Of a stretch of 64,000 nucleotides of DNA, positions 1-27,398 are shown one piece after another. Position numbers and translations under genes: made by a program. The stretch lies in NCBI RefSeq assembly GCF_009914755.1, contig NC_060937.1; one strand, 5' to 3'. Position 1 is the stretch's first letter. The number at the start of each line of letters is the position of its first letter. Under the pieces are notes generated by a model. That model was not told the origin of the DNA. It searched no databases and was given only the letters and a program-made list of their open reading frames with translations. Origin of the DNA: the human T2T-CHM13v2.0 reference genome, Homo sapiens.

Positions 1-48
1 AAAACATTATGCTATGCAAAATACACCTGACAAAAAAGACCACTTATT

Positions 49-357
<309 letters not shown>

Positions 358-410
358 TTATTGTATGATTCCATTTATTTTTTTCCCTTTTTAAATTTTT
401 CTTGGTTTTT

Positions 411-460
411 ATGCTAATCTTCTCTGTACTCTTCCAATTTTAGTATATGTGTTGCAAGCA
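411..460 (-). pseudogene. U6 snRNA pseudogene, 5' half only
   Basis: Reverse complement reads ...CACATATACTAAAATTGGAAGAGTACAGAGAAGATTAGCAT, matching U6 to about nt 57 including the ACAGAGA box. A-rich tail at 375-410; TSD-like tgtatgattccattta (362-377) / tgtattattccagtta (461-476). Confidence 0.9.
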
Positions 461-719
461 TGTATTATTCCAGTTATATGGGATGTTCAGAAAAGGCATT
501 TGGAGACAACATGGATTAGTGGTTGCCTTGGGCTGGGGGTGGGAAGAAGGATTAACTGTAAATGGGCATGAGGGATCTTAATGTGGCGACAGAAATTTTC
601 AAAAAACGGATTGTTGTGATGACTGCAAAACTTGGCAAATTTACTAAAAATAACTGCATTGTACATCTTAAATTAGTGAATTTTATGACATGCAAACTAT
701 GTCTCGATCAAGTTGTCTT

Positions 720-3040
<2,321 letters not shown>

Positions 3041-3239
3041 ACTTCAGAATCAACAGTGTCAAGCTAGCATGTACAATGATAGTGCTTAAGTTATTTATCT
3101 TAATCTGCCTCTAAATTTGAAGAAGTTATGCAGGAGACACAAGTAAATATTTAATACAGACTCAAAGGTTAGAGTCCACTCCACAAATTTGTCTGAAAAA
3201 AATATAAAAGGTATACCTGTCCTTGAACAAACAACATAG

Positions 3240-3560
<321 letters not shown>

Positions 3561-3974
3561 AACATAGCTCTTTTGAGCAATAGTTTCATCAGAAGTAAAG
3601 GGACTGAATGAGATTATCTTTAAAATCTCTTTAAGTTCTAAGATTCTCTACATGCCAAAGAAGAGGTACACATCCACTAACAAGATGACCTGAACAACAA
3701 GATATTCTGATAAAACCTTGGGAACCAGAATTAGCACTTGCCTCAAAAATAACCACCTTGACCAAAGAGAAGAAGTTATTCAATCCATTCGTACTTTAAA
3801 TATCAACCCTGGGGAAAAAAAATCATACGAGAATTTCAGTCTAATTTAAAATCAAGGACCAATATTACTAATTACTTAATCTTCGCTTCTCAGCTTATCA
3901 CTCCTGTGAGATGGCCGTTTTACATGCATTACCCTCTTCCTCAATTTTGTCCTCAGTATTACTCCCAGTGAAGT

Positions 3975-3975
<1 letters not shown>

Positions 3976-4015
<40 letters not shown>
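3976..4015. repeat. (TG)~20 microsatellite
   Basis: Perfect dinucleotide run. Confidence 0.97.
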
Positions 4016-4016
<1 letters not shown>

Positions 4017-4411
4017 TAATTACACAATTAGCAAGTTACAGAGGGTAAGATGGAATGAGGGCCTCTTGGTAATCAACAACTTGTTCAACTTACAGCCAAC
4101 TGTGGGCCAGGTATTTTTATTGTCTGAGATATTTAGGAATCTTCTGCAGCTGCCTTTTAGGAGAAAAGTACTTTATATAAATATATCATATACAGGACTG
4201 AAATCTGCCCTGAGTGTCCAGATCTGGACACCAAATAGATTAGTCATTAATTGTATAGTGGTTAACAGCATGGGCTTTGGAGCCAAACCCCTTGAATTCC
4301 AATTCTTACCATGCTACTTACTGGCTCTATAACCGTGGACAAATTACTTAACCTTATGGGGATCATTATTAAGATTAAATGAATTAATACATACATGTAA
4401 AGATATAATTA

Positions 4412-4775
<364 letters not shown>

Positions 4776-7079
4776 AGAATATCCTATAAAAGTATTAAAA
4801 CAGCACTTTTAAGTAAAACTCACACTTCCCTCCATTTAAGTCCTCCTATAAAGTAATATATCTATACATATTTCAGTGGGAGGGTCAGTACTTATGAAAA
4901 CAAATACATACAAGTAGTTTAAAGGATAGTTTTAATATGAGTAAATGCACTTTTATGCTCAACTATTTTATACTCCAGTGACACTGCAGACCTCCCAAAT
5001 TCTCTCTAGTTAAAATGAGATAACTCAGAAGTTAATACAGCCTCTACATAAGACCTTTCACCACCAAATATTTTAAGATTCTGCCAAGCATCAGGCCATA
5101 GTTATAGAATGTTTTAACTTAATGAAATTGTAGGGTATAATCTCTACAGAATGGGCCTCAAGCCTAACTAAGTGATCTCCAAAAATATGCCAACCTCTTT
5201 ATCCCCCCACACCATTATGGACCAAACAATTACAGTTCCATTGACCCTCATAGCTCACTGAAGTTATATGAAAGAACGGAAAGATGTGGGTCACATTCCA
5301 ATAATCAATTGTGTGACCTAACCAAAAGGACCTATTCGCTCAGTCTCACGTCCTCCACCTGTAGAGATACCTATGCTGTGACATACTGAAAGAATTAAAG
5401 GAGAGGGTGAATGAAATGTCCCCTCTATGCCCACTAGCACATGGCACTTCTCAATTCATGTTCATTTCTCCTTCTTTATTTGAAGTGGTGAAAGAAATCA
5501 GAAGCAATTTAAGACTTTTCACAGCACTGTTTGATCTCATTTCTTAATATTTTTGACAAAAACCATCTACAGGTTAAGCTGTGGAATCTCAACATAAATG
5601 CACATTTTTAGTGTTCCTTCAGCTTTACTTCAAAACCACTACGGGAATTAAAATACGGTAGGAATAATCTTCTGACAGAATAGGAATGATATAACTTTTA
5701 GAATAAATGCCCACTTCAGAGTAAATAAGAAGATAAAGGAGGTATCATCATAAGTTGATGAGAATCCTATGATCACTACCACTTTCTGGAAGTAGCTCCC
5801 AGAAATATTAAAATCTAGTAATTTTAATTGACTCAAACATCATTTTTAGTAAACATTCTGGTATCCAAAAGGATGAGACTAAACAATGATATTGAAAAGA
5901 TTAATATTATTTGGAAATGTATTCCACAACTAATTTATTCTGGGCCTACCTGCAGGGATAGTCGTCCCAAAATTAAACGTTCTATAGGTACAAAGTAATT
6001 TTAAAACTGGATGTTTTAATTTCAAAACTTATAAATTTTCTGAGCCAAAGCATTCTCTTCCATGTATAGAACTAGGGTTTTAACCAAATACTTGGTTGAA
6101 AGCTGTACAAATCCAAACATAATTGAAGTCTTGATTCTGCCACTTTCAAGAGTGGGTGGTACAGATTCTTCTCATTCATAACATTAGTTTCTAGCTGATG
6201 TGGTTCGTTATTCAAAGAACACTTAACAGTCCTTCATAAAATGGTAGATTCAGTCTAAGGACTAAGAGTAGAACATTCTGGAATAACAATAACGTTTACA
6301 AACACCACTTACCATTTGGTCCTAGGTTTTCATAAAAAATTGATATAGGCAGCAGATGTATACAGAACACCCTAGTTGAGGCCAGTTTAAGTGTAAAATA
6401 CCCACATACTCAAAGCCTAAGAACAATTTACTTAAGACAAAACAATGTTGGAGAAATTGCCCAATATCACAAATGTAGCAGTCACCCCTAAACAGTGTTT
6501 TTGATTAATGACAACCAATTTCCTTCAATCTTAAAGGCAACCAATTCAAGCCAGTAGGTTAAATCCTTGAAGTATACTGCAATGCTACTCCTTTTTTCCA
6601 GGGAATCAGATGAGAATTTTGTGCTAAGAACTTATCAGGAAAATGGAAGTAACGAAAATTAACACGCCAAAATATGAGTATAAGAAATATAAGCCTCCTT
6701 AATAATCAGCCAAGAAAAAAATAATCAGGTTATGTCTCCTCCCACCCATTCTTTCTGTCTTAACCTTCTGCAAAAGCCGGCTGGATTCAGAGTAGAAATA
6801 AACGAATTTTACAATGAGTCGAGTACCACCAAAAATCAAAAGTGGGAGCTTACTCGTCCTCCAGGTCTGACCCGCCTCCAGCCCGAGGCCACCAAAAGAC
6901 ACACCTCCCTTCCCCCAACCCGCCACAGCCGGCTCTACAGGTAACAGGCGTTTCTTCTCGCGCAGTTTGAACAAAAACAATCCAGAAGGAACAGATTTGG
7001 TTTTTTTAAAAAAATGAACAAAAGCCAAAAAAGCCACAAACACAACCTAAACCTTCTAAGAAGCTCGACTACTCCCGTT

Positions 7080-7935
7080 CTGCACGTTCCTTCCCAGAAG
7101 GATGCAGACCCCCGGTGTCGGCGGGAACCAGGAAGCTCTTGGGGCCTCCCTGGGCCAGACCTGCACCCGGGAAGCCGCCGCAAGGCTTCAGGAGCCCCAG
7201 GTCGCCCCAAGGCCGCGCCGCAGGATTGAACAAAGCGGCGGGTGCAGCAACCTCGGCGCTTCCGAGCGCGTTCGGGGCCGGACGCCCGGCGTCCGGCGCT
7301 GGCTCCAGAAAGGCGGCGGGTGTGGGGCGCAGAGGCCTATCTCGCGCCCTAGCCGCGGCCCGCGCCCCGCCGCAGTCCCCGGGGACGGTACTCACACACG
7401 CAGAGCTCCACCACGTACGCGTAGTAGGACCAGACGACCACGAAGGTGATGAAGAGCACCGGCACCCAGCCCACGACGCGCTGGCAGCAGCGCCACAGCG
7501 TCCAGGGCGCCATGTTCCGCTGGCGGCTGCCGAGCCCCGCGTCCCACCGTTCTGGGGAGCGCGGGAGCCCCGGCGACGGTGACTCGGACGCTCCAGGCGG
7601 CTGCTGGTCCAGCTCCCCCGCCTCCGAGGCAGGACTTGTGGGAGCAAAAGTCCGAGGCGCCGCCGGGACTCCTCCCGTCCCGGCGCCCAGCCAGGCCCCG
7701 CCCCCACCCCACATCCCGTCGCCCCCCTCCCCCCGCGTCCGTCCCCGCCAGCCCGCCCGCCGCGGGCCGCGGGCCGCCCCCGGTCTCCGCGTCGTTGGGG
7801 CGGGGTTTCCGCGGCCGGGGAGGCGGTGAGGGGGCGGGGCCGCAGCTCGGGACCGCCCATGGGGCGTGGCGGGGCTGGATGCGGACAGGCTGGGCGGACG
7901 CGGGAGGCCGGGGAAGGAGAGGCGAAAAACACGCC
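7080..7935 (-). promoter_or_regulatory. ZDHHC20: CpG island / promoter and 5'UTR of ZDHHC20 with GC boxes
   Basis: Very high GC and CpG density spanning exon 1. GGGGCGGGG Sp/KLF boxes near 7696-7704 (minus), 7797-7805 and 7831-7839. No TATA box seen; exact TSS cannot be read from the sequence. Confidence 0.9.
7396..7513 (-). CDS. ZDHHC20: Palmitoyltransferase ZDHHC20, coding part of exon 1 (39 codons + 1 nt, phase-1 donor)
   Basis: ATG at 7513 in strong Kozak context (AACATGG) gives MAPWTLWRCCQRVVGWVPVLFITFVVVWSYYAYVVELCV, the ZDHHC20 N-terminus/TM1. It is followed by a consensus donor T|gtgagt (7395-7390). Confidence 0.97.
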
Positions 7936-8539
7936 CTTGATGGATGAGAGGTACAGGGGATAGCTTTTGTGGATCGAGACTCAATAGGGGAGGGAGACTA
8001 TGGAAATGATTCCTTAGCTGATTTGTGGATCTTGGCCCTCTCTGTGTACAGAACTCGCTCCACTGGGGTTCCTGGGACATTGAGTAGTTGGGGCACTGTT
8101 TCAAACATGACAAGGCCATTCCCCACTCAGTGTGCGAAGAATGCACATTGTTAGAAGGCTCCTCCTGTGATTTTTATGTTCGTCCATCTTGGCGGAACCC
8201 CTCCCTTTCTTGAAGATGGAACGGTAGATACCTGTAATTTCGGGTAGAAGCCATGTAGGGTCCATCAGTTTGATTCGTAACCCAAATTTAAGATTGAGTA
8301 GCGAGAAGGAAAGGGCATGTAAATGACCCTCTCCTTGCCCCGCAAACGACTAAGGAAATTTAAAGAATTTATTTACAACTAGAGGTTGCTAAGCAATGAC
8401 GATAATCATATAGAACCCAGAAGCATCACTGTGAAGACTTCACAATGCAAGGTCAGACGCATTAGAAGGGATTCCAGACCGCAATCTTCATACCAGTTCC
8501 TGCTACTAGCATTCAGTTTTGGTTAGAATGAATTTTTGT

Positions 8540-8842
8540 GTTTGTTTTTTGAAACAGGGTCTTCTCGCTCTGTCGCCCAAGCTGGAGTGCAGTGGCACGA
8601 CCTGGGCTCATTTAAGCCTCGACCTCCCTGCTAAAGCACTCCTCCTGCTTCAGCCTGCAGAGTAGCAGGGACTACAGGCCCGCCACCATGCCCAGCTGAT
8701 GTTTGTATTTTCTGTAAAAACTAGGTTTCGCCCTGTTGCCATGCTGGCCCTGAACTCCAAGGCTCAAGGAATCCCAACCCCTCTCCGCCTCCACCTCCCA
8801 AAGAAGTGCTGAGATTACAGGTGTGAGCCACCACGACCGGCC
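8540..8842 (-). mobile_element. Alu (AluJ-like)
   Basis: Diverged Alu dimer. Confidence 0.85.
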
Positions 8843-9279
8843 TACACTGAGCTTTAAATTAGCTACTGCTCACTAAAGTCTCCATGAAGAAGACGTCACC
8901 CTTTGCTGTGTCAGAGAAATGTAGTAAAAGCGAGTAAGTATTTAATCACTGCACACTGCTGCTTGAGTAATAAAGCATGTATAAAAGATTCTGTTCTCCC
9001 TGATTTTGTGCCTTAAAAGTCATATTAGTTAGTGGCCTAGTTGACAGTAGGTTTAGGTTCAAGTTCAACTAGTTTTCCAGAGAGGCTGCTTAGGAGGGTT
9101 AGACCTCAACATAGAATTCGGATGGACATGGAAGAACATAAAGCCGTTTCTCCTCTATGTCATCTCTACGTACCAAAACCATGCTGCTAGAGCTCAGCAC
9201 AAAGCCATGTCCTTTACAAGCTCCAGGGCTGCTAGAAATGATCTTTCACGACATTTTGTTTATAACCTAACTATAAAAC

Positions 9280-10297
9280 TGTCACATTCGTTTCCTAGGG
9301 TGACTATAACAAAGTACCACAAAACTGGGGAATAATAGAAATTGGTTGTCTCACAGTTTAGGAGGGTAGGTGTCCCAAATCAAAGTGTTGGCAAGGATAT
9401 TGGATATGGTTTGGATGTTTGTCCCCTCCAAATCCCATGTTGAAATGTGATCCCAGTGTTGGAGGTGGGACCTGGTGGGAGGTATTGGATCATTAGGGTG
9501 GATCCCTCATGAATGGTTTAGTGCCATCCCCTTGGATGAGGGGTTCTTTCTCTAGTAGTTCACATGAGATCTGGTTATTTAAAAGAGCCTGATCCTTCCC
9601 CCACTCTCTCTCTTGCCCCCTCTCTTGCCATGTGACATGCTGGCTCCCCTTTGCCTTCTGCCGAGAAGGCAGAAGTCTATCTCTGTGGTCCTGTGTCTTC
9701 AGAGATAAGGATGTTCCTTTGTCTGGGTAGAGGGAGGGCACCTCTTGAATAACAGTCTTAGGTCTGCCTTCAGGGGAAGGCCTGAGACGCTTTTGCTAGT
9801 GCTATGGCCTGCTTCAGGGGAGAAGAGCGAGAGGAAGGTGAGAGGGACCTTCCTGTTGCTGTTGTCTCCAATGTTGTCTCCAACTGATGATTGGAAGCTT
9901 CTTGAGGCCTCACCAGAAGCATATGCTGACCCCATACTTTCTGTACAGCCTGGAGAGCTGTGGGCCAATTAATCCACTTTTCTTTATAAATTACCCAGTC
10001 TCAGGTATTCCTTTATATCAGTGCAAGAATGACCTAACACAGCCATGTGCCCTCTGAAACTTGTAGGGGAGAATTCTTCTTTGCTTCTTCCTAGCCTTTG
10101 GTGGTGGCCATTAGTCCATGGCATCCCTTGACCTGCAGTGGCAGTGGCATCACCCCAATATCTACCGCTATCCTCAGGTGGCATTCTCCTTTCCTGTCTC
10201 TCCCCTTATATTGGGTTAAGGGCCTACCCTACTCTAGTATGGCCTCATCTTAACTAATTACATCTACAACAGGCCCACTTCCAAATAAGGCCACATT
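9280..10297. mobile_element. Nested MaLR LTRs: MLT1-type (-) containing an MST-type LTR (+, ~9400-10040)
   Basis: MLT1 motifs (acaaagtaccacaaa, atcttaactaattacatct). MST start gatatggtttggatgtttgtcccc and end aaattacccagtctcaggtattcctttata...ctaaca. Confidence 0.75.
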
Positions 10298-13355
<3,058 letters not shown>

Positions 13356-13386
13356 AACCCATAAAACCATGTTTTTGTCTTTCTAC

Positions 13387-13836
13387 TGATGGGGTTCAGG
13401 ACATGTTACCCCAATATATGGCACCTTGGCATTTGAGGGAACAACCAGAACAAGAAGGTGTCTCTGACCCATCCTTCCCTCCTAAAGCAGGCCATAAAAG
13501 AATTCTCTGAAGTAGGCCATAAGACCCTCATTAGGGAGGTGCCCTCCCTATATTTGGAAGTATATCCTTCAAGACACAGAGATGCCAACAACCTGAACCA
13601 AACTGGCCTTGCTAATTCCCCCCTATTTCATTGCTATTTGTCCTCCAATCATAATTCTACATGACTGTCCATAAAAAACTCAGTTTGTCCTGTTTTTTGG
13701 GTTTTCATTTCTGAAAGCTCCTGTGTCACATAAAACTTAAATAAATGTGTATGCTTTCCTCTTGCTAATCTGTCTTTTATGACAGGTGCCTCAGCTATGA
13801 AATGTGCACTGGGTGAGAAATCTTTTCTCCCCTACA
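13387..13836 (+). mobile_element. ERV1-class solo LTR (MER34/MER39-like)
   Basis: Starts tgatggggttcaggacatgttacccc, has an internal AATAAA, ends ctcccctaca; ctac repeat on both flanks. Confidence 0.7.
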
Positions 13837-14596
13837 CTACCAACTATCAAAATTGAGAACTTCAGAAGGGCCATGTCTTGCTTTAGGAACAAGTGAGTTA
13901 GGGAAAATTGCAAGTCCGCACTCTTTAGTGATGCTCTGGGAAGGGAGAGAAGGAAAGGGAGCAGGTTTAGGGCGGGATGAGGAAGAAAAGAAGGGATGTG
14001 GAGCCGGTTCAGGAAGCAGAGGCATTACCTGTGGCTGGAAACCCAGTTTGCTCACTCCTTTAACCTTCCTCCGTGTACATCCTGCCCTCAACTCTCACCT
14101 GGATTAGCTCACAGCCTCCCCTCTGCTACCCCCACACACCCCTGCCCTCCTCCAGCCTTCTGTAAACACTCTTTCATTCCTGTGCTCGCCCAGAAACAAA
14201 CCTGTTCTGATAACCTTCTTTGTGCTAAGCACTCGGGAACACAGAGAGAAAATGTTTGCTCTTGTGCAGCTTTGGTTCTTTCTTTGTTTTCCCTTTGCCT
14301 CCGGTCCACAGAGTGAGCCTTTAGAAAATTAAATCTGCTTCATACACTTGAATGGTCCGAATGATGAGGCATTAACGAAGGCTTCGTAGGCCCTGCAGCT
14401 CAGCTGCCTTCCTGCCCCACCTCATCTCCATAGCCCTTCCTTCTAGACGGCCTGCCCCAAGCCTGCGTTTCTCTGTGAACCTCAGCACACATTTGCACAG
14501 GTCATGCTGTTCCATCTGGGAGCTCTGCCTGCAAAATTTTGGCCCCTTCCTCCTCACCCCAGATTCCCCACCCCTCCCTCAGACCTGGCTTCCTAC

Positions 14597-15574
14597 TAAG
14601 GGATAAGAAATAAAAATACCCTCCCCGCAACCTGACTGATCAGATTCCTCCCTTGGGCAAGAGGACCCCACAGAACCCTTAAAAACGGGGTACCTCACCA
14701 TGATGGGATGGTAGCGTCACATGCCTCATTACAGCCCCTCCCTTTTGTGGATTAAACACAACTGACCAGCATTAATGGTAAAATAGAGATCATAAGACTG
14801 ACAGAATGGAGTCTTTGTGGCAATAAGATACCAAATTATAAACAAGACCATGCCAGGCAAGGGTTAAGTGGTGAACCCCTACATTTAAAGAATAAATTAT
14901 GCTCTAACTGCCACAAGGGATTTTGTTTGTTTATTTTTTTCTCTAGCAGCGAAACAAGCACTGGCCTGGAGATAAGCAGTATCGAAACAATTACAACTCC
15001 TCTGACCTCCACACACTGCCTACCTGCCCCCCACACCCTCTTTCCACCAGCCGTAGCTACAGCTTTGATTGGACAAGAGACTGATTTCAGTACCTTTCTC
15101 CTGGTAAGAGACCACTGACCACGGACTGGCTTTGGCTGGTTCACAGAGGCTGTGCACTGAGTGCCTTTGCATCCCTGACTCACTTTTTGACGTATAGGGC
15201 TTGACTGTAATGCACTGAAATATTAAGGCTTGTCTACGGCCATACGAACTGAATGTGCCTGATCTCATCCGAAATATTAAGGTTCCACTTCAAGGTGAAC
15301 ATGGGTCACATGTAACATATATGTTTATCTAGTCTGCATGCATTAGGCCTCCCTCACAAATATCTGTAAGATTATCCTGTAACCTACTGAATATGTACAT
15401 ATAGCTAATCTCATTGGGCACAAATCACAGCCTCTCCTTTTTTTCTCTAAAGTGCCTACTTTTTGTCTCTGAGAGAGGATGTGTTTCCCAGCCTGTCAGG
15501 ATGACCACGTGCAGGCTGCAACCCTTTATAGGAAATGCAGCTCTTCTCTCCAAGTTTATAGATCTCATGATTTT

Positions 15575-15578
<4 letters not shown>
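14597..15578 (+). mobile_element. ERV1-class solo LTR (MER4-group-like) hosting the 5S fragment
   Basis: LTR motifs such as actgaccagcattaat and ggctgcaaccctttata; subfamily uncertain. Confidence 0.6.
15232..15272 (+). pseudogene. 5S rRNA 5' fragment (tailless retropseudogene)
   Basis: gtctacggccatacgaactgaatgtgcctgatctcatccga versus 5S GTCTACGGCCATACCACCCTGAACGCGCCCGATCTCGTCTGA; flanked by perfect direct repeats gaaatattaagg (15217-15228, 15271-15282). Confidence 0.88.
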
Positions 15579-22195
<6,617 letters not shown>

Positions 22196-22556
22196 CTCCT
22201 GAAAAAAGGAACAAGAAAATATTGGTCAGGTATTTTGTATAATGTCCCTTAATTTGGGTTTATCTAATGTTTTCTCATGACTAGCCTGGGATTATGGATT
22301 TTTTAAAAAATTAAGTCTGAACAAATGGGTTATGGATTTTTGAGAAGAAAACCAGAGAGGTGACATGCCTTTCCCATGTCATCGTGTCAAGATGTATTTG
22401 ATAATCAATGTGACTTTTTACGGTGATATTAACCTTGATCACTTGGTTAAGATGTTGTCTTCATGTAAAGTTATCATTTTTTCCTTTTCCCTACACTATT
22501 CATTAGAAAACAGTCATTAAGTCCAGCCACACTCAAAAAGAGAGGAATTAGATTCA

Positions 22557-24822
<2,266 letters not shown>

Positions 24823-25099
24823 CAGGAAATTTTATATATATGTACACATAGGTCTAAATATAGCTCATGTAAGAAATACATATGTACTTACATGTGTATA
24901 TATCTGCATTTTATATATAACACATATGTATATGGAAATATTCTAATATGTATATATGCATGTCTGCTATGCCTCTACCTCCTTATCTACCTATGTTATA
25001 AATCTGCAGTTCCTGACACATGGTCATTGTATGAGTCAGGGTCCACATTAAGTATTTCAATAGATTATTATTATTATTTTTTTTAGGACTGGGGAAGGG

Positions 25100-25665
25100 G
25101 AACTTAACAGAAAAAAAATTAATAGAAGGAGCTGGTTAAACAGGTGCTAGAAGAGTGAAGAAGCAAAGAAGAAAGTAAATGCTGGAAGCAGCTACCACTC
25201 CCTGGTCCAGGGTACTAAGAGAAGAGGCTGGGGGATTAAAATCCAGAAACTGGAAAGAAAGGCCTGCCGTTCCCAAGAGGCGCCTGGTGCCAGTGCCTGG
25301 GCGGGTGGCGGGAGCGGGGAGAGGACACAATGTGGCTGGTTCCGGGAGTGCAAAACAAAAACAAAACAAAACATAAAAAAAACCACACACACACACACAA
25401 AAAAAACCAGGAGACTGGTACTAACCGCTGCCAGGATGAAGGCTGAGTACAGACACAAATAACACTGACCGGACACAGAGAGGAACGAGCCCCTTTCCCT
25501 CCTCCCGGCTTGCAGGCTCCCTCTACTGCCCCCTATCGGCAGAACCTAGCACGTCGCCAGCAAGCAAAGGGAAACGGGTTTTGCAGGGTCTGGGACCGGC
25601 CCCATCATGACAAAGCCAAGTATGTGTGCAAGCGAGGGGATGGAACGGAGAGACAATAGCTTAGT
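25100..25665. mobile_element. Ancient LTR-like element (ERVL/Gypsy class) with a CTCF-like motif
   Basis: Motif ctccctctactgccccctatcggcagaacctagc resembles old LTR families; family not resolved. Confidence 0.45.
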
Positions 25666-26345
25666 AACTTAATTTACTCATTCGCCATTTTAACAGCTGC
25701 CTAGAATTTCATTGTACAATTAGAGCACAATTTATCCATTTTCATGGTGCTAGATATTTATTTTGTTTCTGAATTTTTATTTGAAATGATGCTACTGTGA
25801 ACATTCCTTTAATTCTTTTTGGATCATAAAATTTTGGGGAAGAGCTCGCATGACATTCTGCAAAGCATAAAGGAGTTATTAATATATTTTCACCCACTAT
25901 TGAATGTTTAAATATTATATAAGTCTAGGTGTGGTAAGTACTATAAGCACACTGTTTTCTCCCATTTCATCCTCTTGGCAAGAGAACTCTCCTAGAAAGA
26001 AGACTAGCACCTAGCAGAATGCTTTGAATAGAGCAGGTTTCAATAAAGATTTGACATTGATGATGCTGAAGAGATAACCTGGCTAGTAACAAGATGTTGC
26101 ATAGAGATTCCAAACATTAATTTCCTTCCTTGCCGAATGTAAGCAAACACAAACAGCAAGTGCTAATGGTAAATGTGGTAAAGCACTAATTTCTCTGAGT
26201 TGGTCAATATTTAGCTGAGGCATGTCAGTTCAAAGCCTCCCACAATGTTTCTCCTTCATTAAGCAAGTCATCTCTGAGATATTCTGTAATTTTCTGTATA
26301 TCTTCTTTATTATATGGTTAGTTTTTCTGTTAAAGATCATGTGTG

Positions 26346-27240
<895 letters not shown>

Positions 27241-27398
27241 GAGAGAGAAAGGAAGGGACGACAAAGAAAGGAATGAAGAGAAAGAGAGTGAGAGTAAGAA
27301 AGAAAGAAGGAAAGAAAGAAAGAAAAAGAAGGAAAGAAAGAAAGAAAGAAAAAGGAAGGAAGGAACAGAGGGAGGGAGGGAGGGAAAGGAAAGGAAAG
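27241..27398 (+). repeat. Polypurine (GAAA/GGAA/GGGA)n tract
   Basis: Nearly pure purine expansion of an Alu tail. Confidence 0.9.

Noticed and set aside
6699-7947. Multiple long overlapping ORFs (up to 287 aa) on both strands
   Set aside because: Stop-poor CpG-island sequence giving R/G/P/A-rich translations; only the ZDHHC20 frame has a recognisable protein and splice donor.
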